Source of the DNA: Cenococcum geophilum
Lineage: Eukaryota
Assembly (NCBI GenBank): GCA_050273025.1
Contig: CP158635.1
Span: 25,730,001 to 25,794,000, forward strand
DNA length: 64,000 nt
Direction: 5' to 3'
Each line of letters starts with the position of its first letter. The first letter of the stretch is position 1. Below the pieces are notes generated by a model that did no database searches, had not been told where the DNA came from, and saw nothing but the letters and a program-made list of their open reading frames with translations. Below are positions 24,701 to 39,300 of the stretch, piece by piece. Both the position numbers and the translations under genes were made by a program.

Positions 24701-27700
24701 TAACCTTCTTCTAAGCCGCGCGTTTCTTAAAAGATATATTAGCTAGAAATATATAGGATACCCTTTAATTATACTAGATTAATATCTATTTAGGACCCCC
24801 TAATTAAATTATCTATAATATAGGAAAGAACTTCTTATCTATAATATAGGAAAGAACTTCTTATCTATAGAGTTCCGATAATAGATAAAGGTAATGGCAA
24901 TTAAGGTTAAGGAAGTCCCTATTAAGGCATATAATAGTATTAAAAAAGTAGAGCGATATTACGCGCTATTACGCCATGTATATAAGATTATCTCTTTAGA
25001 ACTAAAGGATGCTAGTAAAAAACTTACCTTATAAATAGCTGTTAAAGCTATTAATAATTCCGCTAGCCTAGATAGACTTATACCTATATTACTAGTCTTT
25101 AGCGCCTACCCTTAAATAACTAATAATTCTTTATTATCTCCCTCCGTTATATAATAAGCTAAGGCTATTTATAAGGCAATAAAGGAGGTGCGACGTCTCT
25201 ACGCTATATACTAGGTTAATAACATACTAGAAATAAAAAATAGCCTAAATACCTTAACTATAATTAATCTACTACTCTAGTCTAAAGTATGCGTATAGCG
25301 TAAAAAGGGAGGATAGTTAGGCCTACACTAACTTATTATAATTATAGTTAAACTTATACTATTTAGATGCCTTACAGACCCACTTAATTCCGTTTAACTA
25401 TTATTAAGCCTTATTATAAAGATAATAATTCCGAGCCTTTATAGGATGCCCTAGAAGATACCTTAAAGGAGAACTATAATTAACGTGCTCTAAAAGGCGA
25501 CTACAATTTTAATATAATTATAGTAGATACACTATAACTATAACGCGGTAGAGGTCGCCCAAAGGGATTATAAAATTATTAATATCTTATTAATTTTAAA
25601 GAATAATTTATTACCGCCATTAAGAATAGAGTTAAGTTATTAATAGCCTTTATAATAGCTAAAGAGAAGACTAACTTTAAGCTTGCAAAATAGCTCTAAA
25701 AGAAAGGTTATATTATAACTTTAGGAGCTCCTTTCTAAGTATCCAATAAATAGGAGATCGACGGTCTTATTATAAGAGGAGTCTTTAAATTTAAGAAGTA
25801 TAACCCTACTAAGTTTAATAAAGTTCGCATTTTTAAGTTAAGGATGGTTAATAAGATTAAGGGTAAAGCTACTAACGCCCTATTTAAGAAATTAAGGCTT
25901 ATTATCTAAGGTTACAATAATAATGGTAAAGAAATAATCCTTATATAATCTCCTATAATTTAATAAGCTAGTTAGCGAGTTATTATTATATTAGCTCCCT
26001 CCATAATAAAGAATAGAATGGCGGTTTATTTATAAGATATTACTTAAGCCTACACCTAATTAGAGACGCACCTTTAGTGCTTAATATTAGTATACCTTCC
26101 GGAGCAAATTCGCTACTAGTATCCTAAAGATACGATTATAGTTATGCTTAAGCTATTATATAGAATTACAGAGGCAGGAACTCACTAGTAGGCTACCTAT
26201 AGTAAGCACCATAAAGAGAAGCTTTTAATAACTACTTCTATATTTAATCCCTGCTTCCTTATTATAACTATAGGAACCCTATTCGGAATTATTAGTATAT
26301 AAACTAATAATATAATTATCTTAGGAGACGACTAATTCTTAGCTCTTAAAGAGGATAAGCTAGTAAAGGCAAATCTTATAGCAAAGCCAAAGGAAAAGCT
26401 TAATTTAATAATACTATTACTTTTTAATAGATGCATCCTCTCCCTAAATAAGGATTCTATTGCTTTACGCTAGAAGGGTTAAGGTAAGAAGATTAACGTT
26501 ATTAATATTAATTCCCTAAAGTAAGGATATATAGAGTAACGCGCTTATAGAGCTTATATTACTTCTATTTATTAACCTAAGGCTTTATTTAATCTCTCTG
26601 TTACCGCCTAACACCAGAAACTAACTAAGAACGACATTCTTACCCTAAATAAACGTTTTTCCTAGCAAATGAACTATCTTAATTAGGGACTACTCTACGT
26701 GCCTATTAATCTTCCTACTGCTAAGCTTTTTATATTTGTTAATAGATCGTTTATAAATAATAAAGATTTTAGCTCCTAATTAGGATATAAGATTATTATC
26801 GCAAACAAATTTACTAGAGAGAATAACTTTATAATCTATAGCAATCTTATCTATTAGAGCTTAACTAAGAGTAAGCGCGTTACCTAAAGTGTTTTAGCAT
26901 TAGAGATATATAGAATAGTTAGCAAAGTTAATATGGTAATTATAATTAGAACTACCCTAAAGATAATTATAGATTAACTTAAACTTCCCGTTATCCCTAT
27001 AATTATATACACCGACTTATATTCCCTCTATAAGTGTTTAGTTAAGCTTAGTACCACAAAAAAAAAGCGCCTTATAATTAATATTATAGCACTTTAGCAA
27101 TCCTATAAGCGTTAAAAACTCTTTAAGATTTAATAGATTAATAGCTAAGATAACCCAGCAAATATAATAATAAAGGCGAACCTAAACAAGGCATTAGAGA
27201 CGTTTGTTAATATAAATACTCTATATATATAAGTTAAAGGTTGGGTTAAAAGGGAGTCCCTAAAAATTTCTTAGTTATATAAGGTCTTAAGATATCTAGG
27301 AACTTTAATTGGTGATTAAAGTTGTCTAATTAGTCAGATTCTCTTACTAAGACTTTTTTAGAGGGGGGAGCCTAACTTAACCTAGCTAATTAGGATTTTC
27401 CATCCCTAAGATAGAAAATCGCTATTAGCTCACTTACTACTAGCGCCTTAGCGGCCCTACTAATAAGATACTTACCTATAACTCATAAGTAAGAAAGCAC
27501 CACGTGCTAAGAGGGAAATTTTAGGATAGTGAGACTTATATTATAATAGCAATAGTAAGTAAGGAGGATTAATATTTATTCCGCTAGTTAAGCGGTATAT
27601 ATATATAGATGGCAACCATAAAAGAAGAGTTGCTAGTGTTAGGAATAAAGGTAAGGGGTCACTATATAAGGTATATTGCCGTCACGTATAGCAAGTTACC

Positions 27701-27856
27701 GTTACGTGCGGCAAGTTGCCGTCACGTGTCGCCGCGGCACTAGCGTAGCGAGGAGCCCTAAGCTCCTCGCCCTCCCTCATTAAGATTAAAAAAGAATAAT
27801 AATTATTATACTATCTACGAACCGTAGCTATGTAATATTACCTTGTGAGACCAATA
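21722..27856 (+). mobile_element. Full-length Ty1/copia element B2, RIP-degraded, inserted in gypsy C integrase
   Basis: 220-bp LTRs 21722-21941 and 27637-27856; TSD TATAC/TATAT; pol colinear with B1. Confidence 0.95.
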
Positions 27857-30302
27857 TATATATTATTAATAAAGCTATTAACTAGCTTCTTTATTAAGAG
27901 TCCTATTACTAGAACAAGGTGTTATATTTTAGTTAGGCGGTCTATAATAATAAGGATATATTTATATACCTTACCGTGGCGTTAGTATACCGGTAGCGTT
28001 ATAATATAGTTAATTAAGATATTGGTCTATAGGCGGGTGGGTAATTTTAGTAGCTTTAGGAAACTAGGCGAGGTAGAATAGGAGGTCTTAGTGCGGAAGT
28101 ATAGGGCACAGTCTTTAATAAAGGTAGCCATGAACTAGGAGATTCCTAGCTATTAGTATATTTAGTTTAAGAGGTTAAGAGTTTTAACCCGGCTAGGGTA
28201 ACTAGTGGGGCCGCTGCTATAAGAGTAATGGGTAACTTCTAGGTAGAGGTCTAGGGCGTTAGGGATAAAGAGATGTTGGCGGAAGTAGATCTGTTTGTTA
28301 ATAATACTATATTCTAACTTATCGCAATAAAGTAATTTCCTAATCTTCTTTAGTTAATAGCGAGCTTTCCGATTATATAGGGCTGCTACTATATCTCTTA
28401 CAAGTTTGTTCTCCTAGTATCTTAGCTAGATTAACTTATTTAGTGACTTTTTAGCTATTTTAGGGTCTAGAGCGGCTATAAACTCCGCGTCGTTAGAGTT
28501 ATAGGACTTGTGTAGTAATTCTTTTAAGATTATAGGGTTAACTTTTTGGGGCGGTATAATAACTTAGGCTTAGTGGCGGAGGCGTTTATTATTAGTGTCC
28601 TTAGGCCTTATTCCTAGTAGCCGGCTTAGGGTATTAGGGAGCGTGGCTTTATTACTAGGTCTATATATAATTATAAAGTTAAACTATAAAAGGAACTCTG
28701 CCTATTAGACTTAGTACTAGTTTAGCTGCTTAGTAGTTATAAATGTCTATAGGTTCTTATAGTCGGTAATAATTTTAAACGGCTCCTTAGTCCCTTATAG
28801 CTTAGGACGCCATTCCTCTAAAGCCTTAATAATAGTTAAGAGTTCTTTATTGTAGATCTTATAGTTATACTCTAGCGTAAAGTACTTTACGGAGAAAAAT
28901 GCAACCGGTTTTAATTTTCTGTTATTATTATACTGGGAAAGGACTCCGCTAGAAGCCTAATTTAATACGTCTATCTCTACTATTGTTTTCTTTGTATAGT
29001 TATAGTATGCTAGTACTAGTGCTGAAGTAAAGGCTCCCTTAAGGGCCTTAAACGATTTAGCTTGTTTTAGTCCCTATAGCTATCTAATATCCTTCTTTAG
29101 GAGTTTTATTATAGGTATAGCGATAGCAGAGTAGCCTTAGATAAATTATTAGTAGAAGTTCGCGAAGCTAAGAAATTATTATAGTTCTTTAATTAATGTC
29201 GGGTCCTTCTATTTCTGTAAGGCCTATACCTTCTTAGGGTCTATAGTTATGCTATTAGTTAAGATAATTAAGCTAAGATATTTTGTTTTAGTAGAGTAGA
29301 ACTTAGACTTATTAATATTAATCTAAAGTCCAGCATTGCCGAGTCTTTGGATAACTTTATTTACATACTTAGTATACTTGGCGCGTGTTTTAGAAAAGAT
29401 AAGGACGTTATTAAGGTAGGTAGTGCAGTAGTTATTAAGGGCGTTATATAGAGTATAGTTAATATAGTTTTAAAATATAGCGGGTATGTTATAGAGGCTA
29501 AATAGTGTAATTAGTATCTTATAGAGTCTAAATTAGGTAATAAATGCTATAAGCCACTTATAGCCCTCCGTAATCTGGATCTGGTTAAATATAGTAATTA
29601 TATTAAGTTTAGTAAAGTACTTAGCACCATAAAGTGCGTTAAGTGTCTCGTGGATTAGTAGCAGTGGGTATTAATTCTTAATAGTAACTGTATTTAGGCC
29701 TTAGTAGTTATAGTAAATTTATATACCGCTGCCGGGCTTAGTAGCGAGGAGGAGTGGTATGGTAGCTAGTAAGGTTAATTCGCGGATAAAACCCTTATCT
29801 AGTATCTTATTAATCCACTTCTTTATATACCTAAGTTTAGCAGGTAAGAGTAGTCTATTTTTATAGTATAGGGCCTAGTTTCTAGGGGTGATTTTAATTT
29901 TATGGTCCTATAGTTAGTAAGGGGGTAGCTTATTTACGTTCTTAGGGAGGAAGTGCTTAATATATTTACTAAACTCCTTTAATAGGCGTTATAGAATATC
30001 TTCGCGGGTTAATCCTGGTTTGCCTTTTAGAAATTTTTTAATATTAGTGTTAACTATCTTTTAACGTAAAAGCTTGGGTTTAGTTTTTAGATTTGTCTTA
30101 AGGAAGTTATAGAAATAGGGGGGGGCACTTTACGGGCTTCCTTTATTGTATAGTCGCCTTCTACTAGCTAGCGGAAAGACCTTTCTAATAGGTTTAGTAC
30201 TTTTATTAGGCCTATAGGCAGCTCTTCTAGTAGCTATTAGTGCTTATCTTGTTTAACTAGTTTTACTAGCTCCGCTATATAGATCCTTATTACCTTTACG
30301 TC

Positions 30303-33300
30303 TATCACGGAACCCTACCGCAGGGGCCTCTATAGGAGAGCCCCGTGATCTCGCGTATACCTCGCGTACAGCTTATATCAGCTACGCGTAGGTATATTAC
30401 CTCCTTACGCCCTCGACCCTTACGATCGATCGCGTAACGTCTTGTAGACTCCTCGAATACATATGCTTTATAGCCACTGCCCCCGTCCCGTGACATTATA
30501 TTGCGCCTTTTTTACCACTAACGCTCAGCCTACGACCAATTCTACGTCTTTATAATACTGCAGGCGCTGCCAAAAGCAGCGTGTCTACGAATTACCTTAC
30601 TTTATACTTTTAAGGAACCCACGATAGTAAGACGATATCCCTTACTAGCTACTATATTAAACCTAAAGAATAATCCAATACCTATACCTAACCTACAACG
30701 CCAATCAATCCCAGGAGAATTCGATTTATCAGCCCTAGCCTTAACCCCTAAGGAGACGGACACTAATAATGTCTTATCTTTTATTAACCATATAACTACA
30801 GACAAGTAAACGGAAGGGCTATTACCCATTGAAATCGAAATACGAGACGCCAAGACGTTTGCAAAAATGGTAGCACAAGACCCCAATAAATACTACCGCC
30901 TTCTATAGAACTATTACCTAAAGCTTATATAAGCCAAGATGCATACTGCCTAAGATCGCGATATTATCCAAAACCTATAAGCTTGTAAGGCGCTCGCCGA
31001 CAATATACGTTAAAAAACCGAAGATAACCTCCGCGTGTCTAAACGCAACGTCTAATAGTTAAAGAAGGCTGAGATTGCACTAATTGCTACGGTTACTAAA
31101 AGAGAAGGCATAATTAAATACCTATAATCTTAGCTTAATAAGCATATTCGTAACAACGCTAGACACCTCTTTACTATATATAACACCACCTAAGTCTCTA
31201 CGCCCCCAGCAACTTTACCTACTTAACGCTTAATAGAGGGCTAGCGCTAAGCAGCTTTATCTAATAGGAACCCCTACTAAAGTAGTAATGATAAAAGCTA
31301 TAATAATCGGACCTAAACTGCCACCGTAGGGTCTAATACACGCTACCTTAATCCCCTAGTCTTCTAGGGAGACCGCAAAGAATATAGCTATTAGAAGATG
31401 CAAATCCGCGAGAAACTAACTTAAAGCGCCTGCCTTTTTCCTATAGAAGACACTAAGATCGGCTACATTATCGGGCGAATAAAGGGTATACCGTTTAACA
31501 GACTCTTCGCCTAATAGGAGACTAGTAGCCCCTAAAAGTAGCAGTCCCACTAAAAAGTCCTTAATAATCTTAACCTAATGTACTACGACTATAACCTACT
31601 AGCTACCAACTAAGCTAAACTACATGCCCTAAAGATAAGCCCTACTAAATTATTTAATAAATTCTATATTAAATTCTAGGAATACACCGGAGCCCTTATT
31701 TAAGACAATACTAAAGACTAAGAGGACCTCCTTAAAAAAGTTACTTATTGCTTTAGTTACGCAGCCGCCAGCCACAACTATAACGATGTTTATAATATAG
31801 TAGCAGCTCTACAGAAGATTAAACAACAACTAAATTAGATTGCTACTGCTAACCCTTACCTAAAGACCTCCTTATAAAAGCCCCCTGGGCCTACCAAACC
31901 CATATATACTAAGCTACCAATATTTACTACCTTAAGTACTACTAGAACTAATATTAATTTCTCTATACTAACCTTCCCACAGAAACTCCTAGATAAAGAG
32001 CGCGAGCTACTCCAAAAACTAGGACGCTGCTATAAATACTATTAAGAAGGCTATTATTATAATAACCTAAACTACCTAATAGCTAGGTTTAGTAGCTGCC
32101 GCCTAATACCTAACCTAATACCCCGAACACTAAATATGTCGCTATACGCCACTACCGTATAAGATAAAGACGTAGTAATAGCGGTAGAGTTGGATACGGA
32201 AACGGAAAACGCTAAGTCCTAGCCCTAAGTCGCGGGTTAGGACGCCCTAATAACGGAGGGATCTATATATTGGCTTGCTTAATAGATAACTCTATAAAAA
32301 TAAATAGACGGAAATAGATAGTTTTACCTATAATAGGAACTATTGCTAAAAAATAATATAAAAGCCGTTCTATAATTAATTGCGGAGCTACTAATAAATT
32401 TATAGATACCTAATTTATGCGTACTTATAACCTACCTACCTTACCCCTTACTAAAGCCCGCGCCCTATAACTCGCTGACGGTAATTATACCGTATAGAAG
32501 ATTACCTATATAGTATAACTCTACCTAGATATAAATGGGCACCAGGAAGAACTCTAGGCCTATATAACACCACTTACTAACTACCCTATTATCCTTAGAA
32601 TAAACTAGCTTAAATAATACAACCCCGCCATTAACTAGAAGAAGAGAGAAGTAACCTTTAACTCTAAATACTGTAGAGAGACTTGCCTAGGGTATAGCCT
32701 AGCCACCTCTACTTACTCCCTAGGATATTAACCTAAGGAACCCCTTATTACCCTACCTATAACTAACTATTACTACATAAGTGCCCTAGCCTTCTACTAT
32801 ATAGCATGTAAGAAAGGCTAGACCGTTACTATAGCTTCCTAATTACGACTATATAAGCTTAATAAAGAATAAAACTACGTCCTTTACAGTAATAGGATAG
32901 ATATAGTCAACCTTTTAGAAGATGTTAGACTTATAAGGGGATATTACGTAGCTACGGTTCGTAGATAGTATAATGGTTATTGTTCTTATTTTTATAGATA
33001 GGGGTAAGGGTTAAGGAACTTAAGGTTCCTCGCTACGGTAGTGCCGCGGCAACACGTGACGGCAACTTGCCTTACGTGACGGTAATTTGCCTTATATGGC
33101 GGCAATTTACCCTATTCCTAACACTAGCAACTCTTCTTTTTATAGTTGCTATTTATATATATATAAACAGATAGGATGTAATGATACCAGATAGTATATA
33201 ATAAGACTAAACACTATACAATAATGCAGCAGTTAGCGAAGACGGGTAGGCCGCTAAGGCGCTAGTAGTAAGCGAGCTAATAGCGATTTTCCATCCCGGG

Positions 33301-36300
33301 GATAGAAAATCCTAATTGGCTAGATTAAGTTAGGGTTTGCAGAATATTATGCTCTAAAAAGTCTTAGTAAGAGAATCTAACTAATTAGATAACTTTAACC
33401 GCCGGTTAAAGTTTCTAAATATCTTAAGACCTTACGTAACTAAGAAATTTCTAGGGACTCTCTTTTAACCTAACCTTTAACTTATATACGTAGAGTATTT
33501 ATGTTAATAAACGTCTCTAGTGCCTTATTTAGGTTCGCCTTCGTTATTACATCTACCAGGTTATCTTAGCCATTAATCTATTAAATCTTAAAGAGTTTTT
33601 AACACTTATAGGATTGCTAAAGTGCTATAATATTAATTATAAGGCGCTTCTCTTTTATAGTACCGAGCTTAACTAAACACTTATAGAGGGAATATAAGTC
33701 AGTGTATACGATTATAGGGATAATAAAAAGTTTAAGTCAATCTATAATTATCTTTAGGGTAGTTCTAATTGCAATTGCTATATTAACTCTACTAACTATT
33801 TTATATATCTCTAACGCCAAAATACTTTAGGTAACGCGCTTACTCTTAGTTAAGCTCTAATAAATAAGATTGCTATAGATTATAAAGTTATTCTCTCTAG
33901 TAAATTTGTTCGTGATAATAATCTTATATCCTAACTAGGAGCTAAAATCTTTATTATTTATAAACGATCTATTAATAAATATAAAGAGCTTAGCGGTAAG
34001 AAGATTAATAGGCACGTAGAGTAGTTCCCGATTAAGATGGTTTATTTACTAGAAAAAACGCTTATTTAGGGTAAGGATATTATCCTTAGTTAGTTTCTAG
34101 TATTAGGCGGCAATAGAGAGATTAAATAAAGCCTTAGGTTAATAGATAAAAGCAATATAAGCTCCGCAAGCGCGTTACTCCACATATCCTTACTTTAGAG
34201 AATTAGCGTTAATAACGTTAATCTTCTTACCTTAACCCTTCTAGCGTAAAGCAATAGAATCCTCGTTTAGGGAGAGGATACATCCGTTAAAGAGTAATAG
34301 TATTATTAAACTAAGCTTTTCCTTTAGCTTTGCTATAAGATTTGCCTTTACTAGCTTGTCTTCTTTAAGAGCTAAGAATTAGTCGTCTTCTAAGATAATT
34401 ATATTATTAGTTTATATACCAATAATTCTAAATAGAGTTCCCGTAGTTATAATAAGGAAGTAGGGATTAAATATAAAAGTAGTTATTAAAAGCTTCTCTT
34501 TGTGGTACTTGCTATAGATAGCCTACTAATAAGTTCCTACTTCTGTAATTCTATATAGTGGCTTAAGCATAACTATAATCGTATCTTTGGGATATTGGTG
34601 GCGAATTTACTCTAAAAGGTATGCTAGTATTAAGCGCTAAAGGCGCGTCTTTAATTGGGTATAGGCCTAAGTAATATCTTATAAATAAACTACCATTCCG
34701 TTCTTTATTAAGGAGGGAGCTAGTGCAACAATAACTCGCTAACTAGCTTGTTATATTATAGGAGATTGCGTAAGAATTACCTCCTTACTATTATCGTTAT
34801 AACCTTAGATAATAAGCCTTAATTTCTTAAATAGGGCGTTAGTAGCTTTGCCCTTAATCTTATTAACCATTCTTAACTTAAAGATACGAATTCCATTAAA
34901 CTTAGTAGGGTTATACTTCTTAAATTTAAAGACTCCTCTTATGATAAGACCGTCGATCTCCTGCTTGTTGGATGCTTAGAAAGGAGCTCCTAGGGTTATA
35001 ATATAACCTTCCTTTTAGAGCTGTTTTATAAGCTTAAAGTTAGCCTTCTCTTTAGCTATTATAAAGGCTATTAATAACTTGACTTTATTCTTAATAGCGG
35101 CAATAAATTATTCTTTAAAATTAATAAGGTGTTAGTGATTTCGTAATCCCTTTGGGCGACCTCTACCGCGTTATAGTTATAGCGTATCTACTATAATTGT
35201 ATTGGGATCGTAGTTGCCTTCTAGAGCATATTAGTTATAGTTCTCTTCTAGGGCATCTTCTAGGGCATCCTATAAAGGCTCGGAATTATTATCTTTATAA
35301 TAAGGCTTAATAACAGTTAAATAGAATTGGGTGGGTCCGTAAGGCATCTAAATAGTGTAAGTTTAACTATTAATTATAATAAGTTAATGTGGGCCTAACT
35401 ATTTTCCCCTTTTACGCTATACGCGTACTTTAGACTAGAGTAGCAGATCAAGCGCAGTTAAGGTATTTAGGCCATTTCTTATTCCTAGTACGTTATTAAC
35501 CTAGCGTATAGCATAGAGGCGTTACACCTCCTTTATTGCCTTGTGAATCGCCTTAGCTTATTATATAACGGAGGGAGATAGTGGAGAATTATTAGTTATT
35601 CGTGGGTAGGCGCTAAAGACTAGTAACGTAGGTATAAGTCTATCTAGGCTAGCAGAATTATTAATAGCTTTAACAGCTATTTGTAAGGTAAGTTCTTTAT
35701 TAATATCCTTTAGTTTTAAAGAAATAATCTTATATACGCGGCGTAATAGCGTATAATATCGCTCCACTTTTCTAATACTATTATATGCCTTAATAGGGAC
35801 TTCCTTAACCTTAATTGCTATTGCCTTTATTTATTATTGGAACTCTATAGATAAGAAATTCTTTCCTGCGTTATAAACGATTTAATTAGGGGGTCCTAAG
35901 TAGATATTAATCTAGTATAACTAAAGGGTATCCTATACGTTCCTAGCTAATATATCTTTTAAAAATCGTACGGCTTAAAAAGAGGTTAAGAAGTTAACAA
36001 CTTAGAGTACTGGCTTACCGCTAAGGTATATAACGTTAACAATAATATAGAAGTTAAAGTTGTAGTTATCTTTAAGGGTAAACTTAAATCGGCTAGGGGA
36101 CCTCTGGTTTATTTAGCAGTGGTAATAATATTTTATAAGATGCTTAATTGCCTTAACCTTAACTTTATAGCCTACTTATTAAAGAACCCTAAGTAATTAG
36201 TAAACTAATAGGTAACTAAAACAACGGTATAGTTGGCGTAACTCTAACTTAGTTAAATGGCTCTAAGCAATACTCTTTTCTGGTTGTTAAAGGAGTAGCT

Positions 36301-39300
36301 AAGGGTAACCCTACTTACGTATAATAGGTACCCGATTATCTCCCTACATAAGTATATTCTTAAGGTTATTAAGCTTAACGCCTAGTTTGTTTATATCTTT
36401 GATATAAAATAGAAATAGGGTGTTTATGGGAATAACGTAAAAAGTAATATACCCTAAGGGGGTTTAAACCCTAATTGTGCTGAGAGAGATTGCAGTACCT
36501 TTGCTAAAATAAATCGTGTGTTAGCCTGCCGTTAAATAGTTAATCTAAATAGAGCTATTAAGCTGCTAAAGGGCTCGAACTTAAGGTTCTCTTACTGTAG
36601 ATACTCCTACGGCTTTAGTATCTGGTATAATACTATAAAAGACGTTTGCCGAGTATCTATTATTAAAGGAAAACGCGGAGCTCTTCTTTAGCTTATTAAA
36701 GATATCTAACTTCGTAATAAAATGGAGCGTAGATTGGTTATTAAGAACAGCAACGGTTTATATACTATTTACCTTACTATACTTAGTAAAGTATTGGTTA
36801 GGTAAGTAGTCCTCAATTTCTATATCTATAAGGAGCTGTTTAGTTTTATTAACCTTACCCTTAAGGTCTTTTACGCCTTTATATTAAACTAGGAAGCTTT
36901 AAAAGTAGGCCGTAGTAACCTTATAATTTCTAACGTTTTTTATACTCTAACGGAACTTATTATATGCCTCTTTTTGCTTATTAAGGGAGTATCTAGTTAA
37001 CTAGTAATTTGGCTTCTTATAAACGTAGTACTTCTTCTAGTAATTACTTTGAAATAAACCTCTATAAGGACCTCTATAATTACCTTATAGTTAACATTAA
37101 TTATACCCTTTACCATATTCCCTACTACGGCCGCTATATATTTAATTAGTCTAGTTATAATTATATTAGTTAGGAACGCTTAGTTGGGTAGGGCTTTTAG
37201 TATAAAGCTATTAAGATTCTTATATTTGCATCGCAGTACCTATAGCAGAGCGTAGCTTAGTATATACTCCTTTAAACGTATTTATAGGTTTATATAGCGC
37301 TAAGTTATACTTAAAAACGCTACGGTATGCTAAGATAACCTAGTTCTTTAGGCTGTTTTTATTTTAGTAAGTTTTGGTAAGTCCGCGTTAGATTTTTTAG
37401 AGTTTATTAAAGAGTAGTTAAAGGCACTCTAGGCGAGTTATTATTAGGTTAGAAGCGATAACTCTTTAGAATATAGTCTCCCGCCATTTGGATATATAGA
37501 GTTAGCAGTTTTTATTAGTTTTAAAGTGGGCTCTAGTAAGCTAAAGTATTATATTAAAGCTATAGTTTTTACCTATAATATAGTTGTAATAGAACGTCGC
37601 CGCCCGTTCCTTTAATATAATAGAGAAAGCATAATGGAACTAGTAGCGTTAAATTCTAACCTTATTGCAGCAGTTATAAAAGACCTATAGTTTTGCTCTA
37701 AGTATATTATATAATTCTCCTCTAAACTTCTTCTTTTTGTCTAAATATACCTTTATTAAATTTGTAACTTCTTAAGATAAAGGCTTATTAGTTAGCTGGG
37801 ATAGAGGAGTTAGAGGTAGTAAAGGTAGAGGAAGAGTACCTTTAGGTGGTAGAGTACCTCTAGGTAGGAGAGTAGCGTTCTAGGGGTTTCGTTTTAAATT
37901 AAAGTTGCCTTCTAAAGAATATAGGTTGGTTTTAGGTTTCTATAGTTAACATATAATCTTAGCTTCCGTCTATACTAGTTCTTTTATACTAATAAGAACG
38001 GCGTAAATATTACTAGTAATTAGGTTACCGTCCTTAGTAACATATACCCTATTTCTTTAAAGGGAGTCTCGAAAATTCTAAATAATATTAATATTACTAA
38101 GTGCCTAGGTATTGGCGGTCCATCCTATAAAATCCTCCCTAAAGTATTCCTATAACTGTAAATTGGCGTAATAGCTATCTTAGTAGAATAAAATATGGTA
38201 TAGGAGAAAGCCGTTAACTTATTTTGCGGTATAGGTTATTATATTAAAGGTAAATGCATCCTAATCTTTATTAATAAGTTTTGTATATATAGCTACCCCT
38301 AGTAGTAAGGAGTCTCTCTAGTTGTTTAGAGTGGCTATAGTTATATCTTTAGAGGAAGGGAATATTAGTAGTATAGGGATTATTGTTTAGTACGCGTTTA
38401 TAACATATATTTACAATTATAGGGCTTAGGACTAGTTCTAGCCTTAAATCGCGAAGACTTGTAAAGTGTGTTATTTTATGTAATAGACGCAAGAATCTGT
38501 AATCTAGGGAAGGCTTAGGACTAGTTCTGGCCTTTAGATCCTTAGATTTGTGGAAGAGTTCTATTTAAGGTTTAGGACTAGTTCTAACCTTAAAAGACAG
38601 CTTCCCTTAGCACGAGTAGCACTGGTACAGTGGCTCGTCTCTTCTTAGTAAATACCTAGCTATTCTGTGGTATAACTGTGAAGTTAACTACTAATTAGTG
38701 TTGGACTTATAAGGGGATATTACGTAGCTACGGTTTATAGATAGTATAATGGTTGTTGTTCTTATTTTTATAGATAGGGGTAAGGGTTAAGGAACTTAAG
38801 GTTCCTCGCTACGGTAGTGCCGCGGCGACACATAACGGTAACTTGCCTTATATGACGGCAATTTGCCTTATATGGCGGCAATTTGCCCTATTTCTAATAG
38901 AAGATAACGCCCCTACGGAACTCTATAGACTTTTACCTTTAGACTTTAAGAAGTTTATAAAGCTTAAAAAAGGACTTACTAACAAAGAACTCCGTAAGCT
39001 CCTCCCTAAGAGGTACTATAACTTTACCGATATATGCTTATAAAAGAGCGTAGATATACTCCCCCTATATTAACCTAATAACTATACCATTAACATTAAA
39101 TAAGGAAAAATGCTACCTTATAAGAGACCCTACCTAATATTAAAAGACGAGCTTTTAGTTATAAAAAAGTATATTAACAAGCACCTTAATAAAGGATTTA
39201 TTTGTCCCAGTATATTACTAGCAGCTGCCCCTATCCTTCTCGCTAAGAAGCCAGAAGGAGGTATCTAATTCTACATTAACTATAGAGGACTTAACGCTAT

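Noticed and set aside
30305..30496. ORFs within LTRs (30305, 42400, 16443, 38843)
   Set aside because: They coincide with non-coding LTR sequence or LTR junctions.
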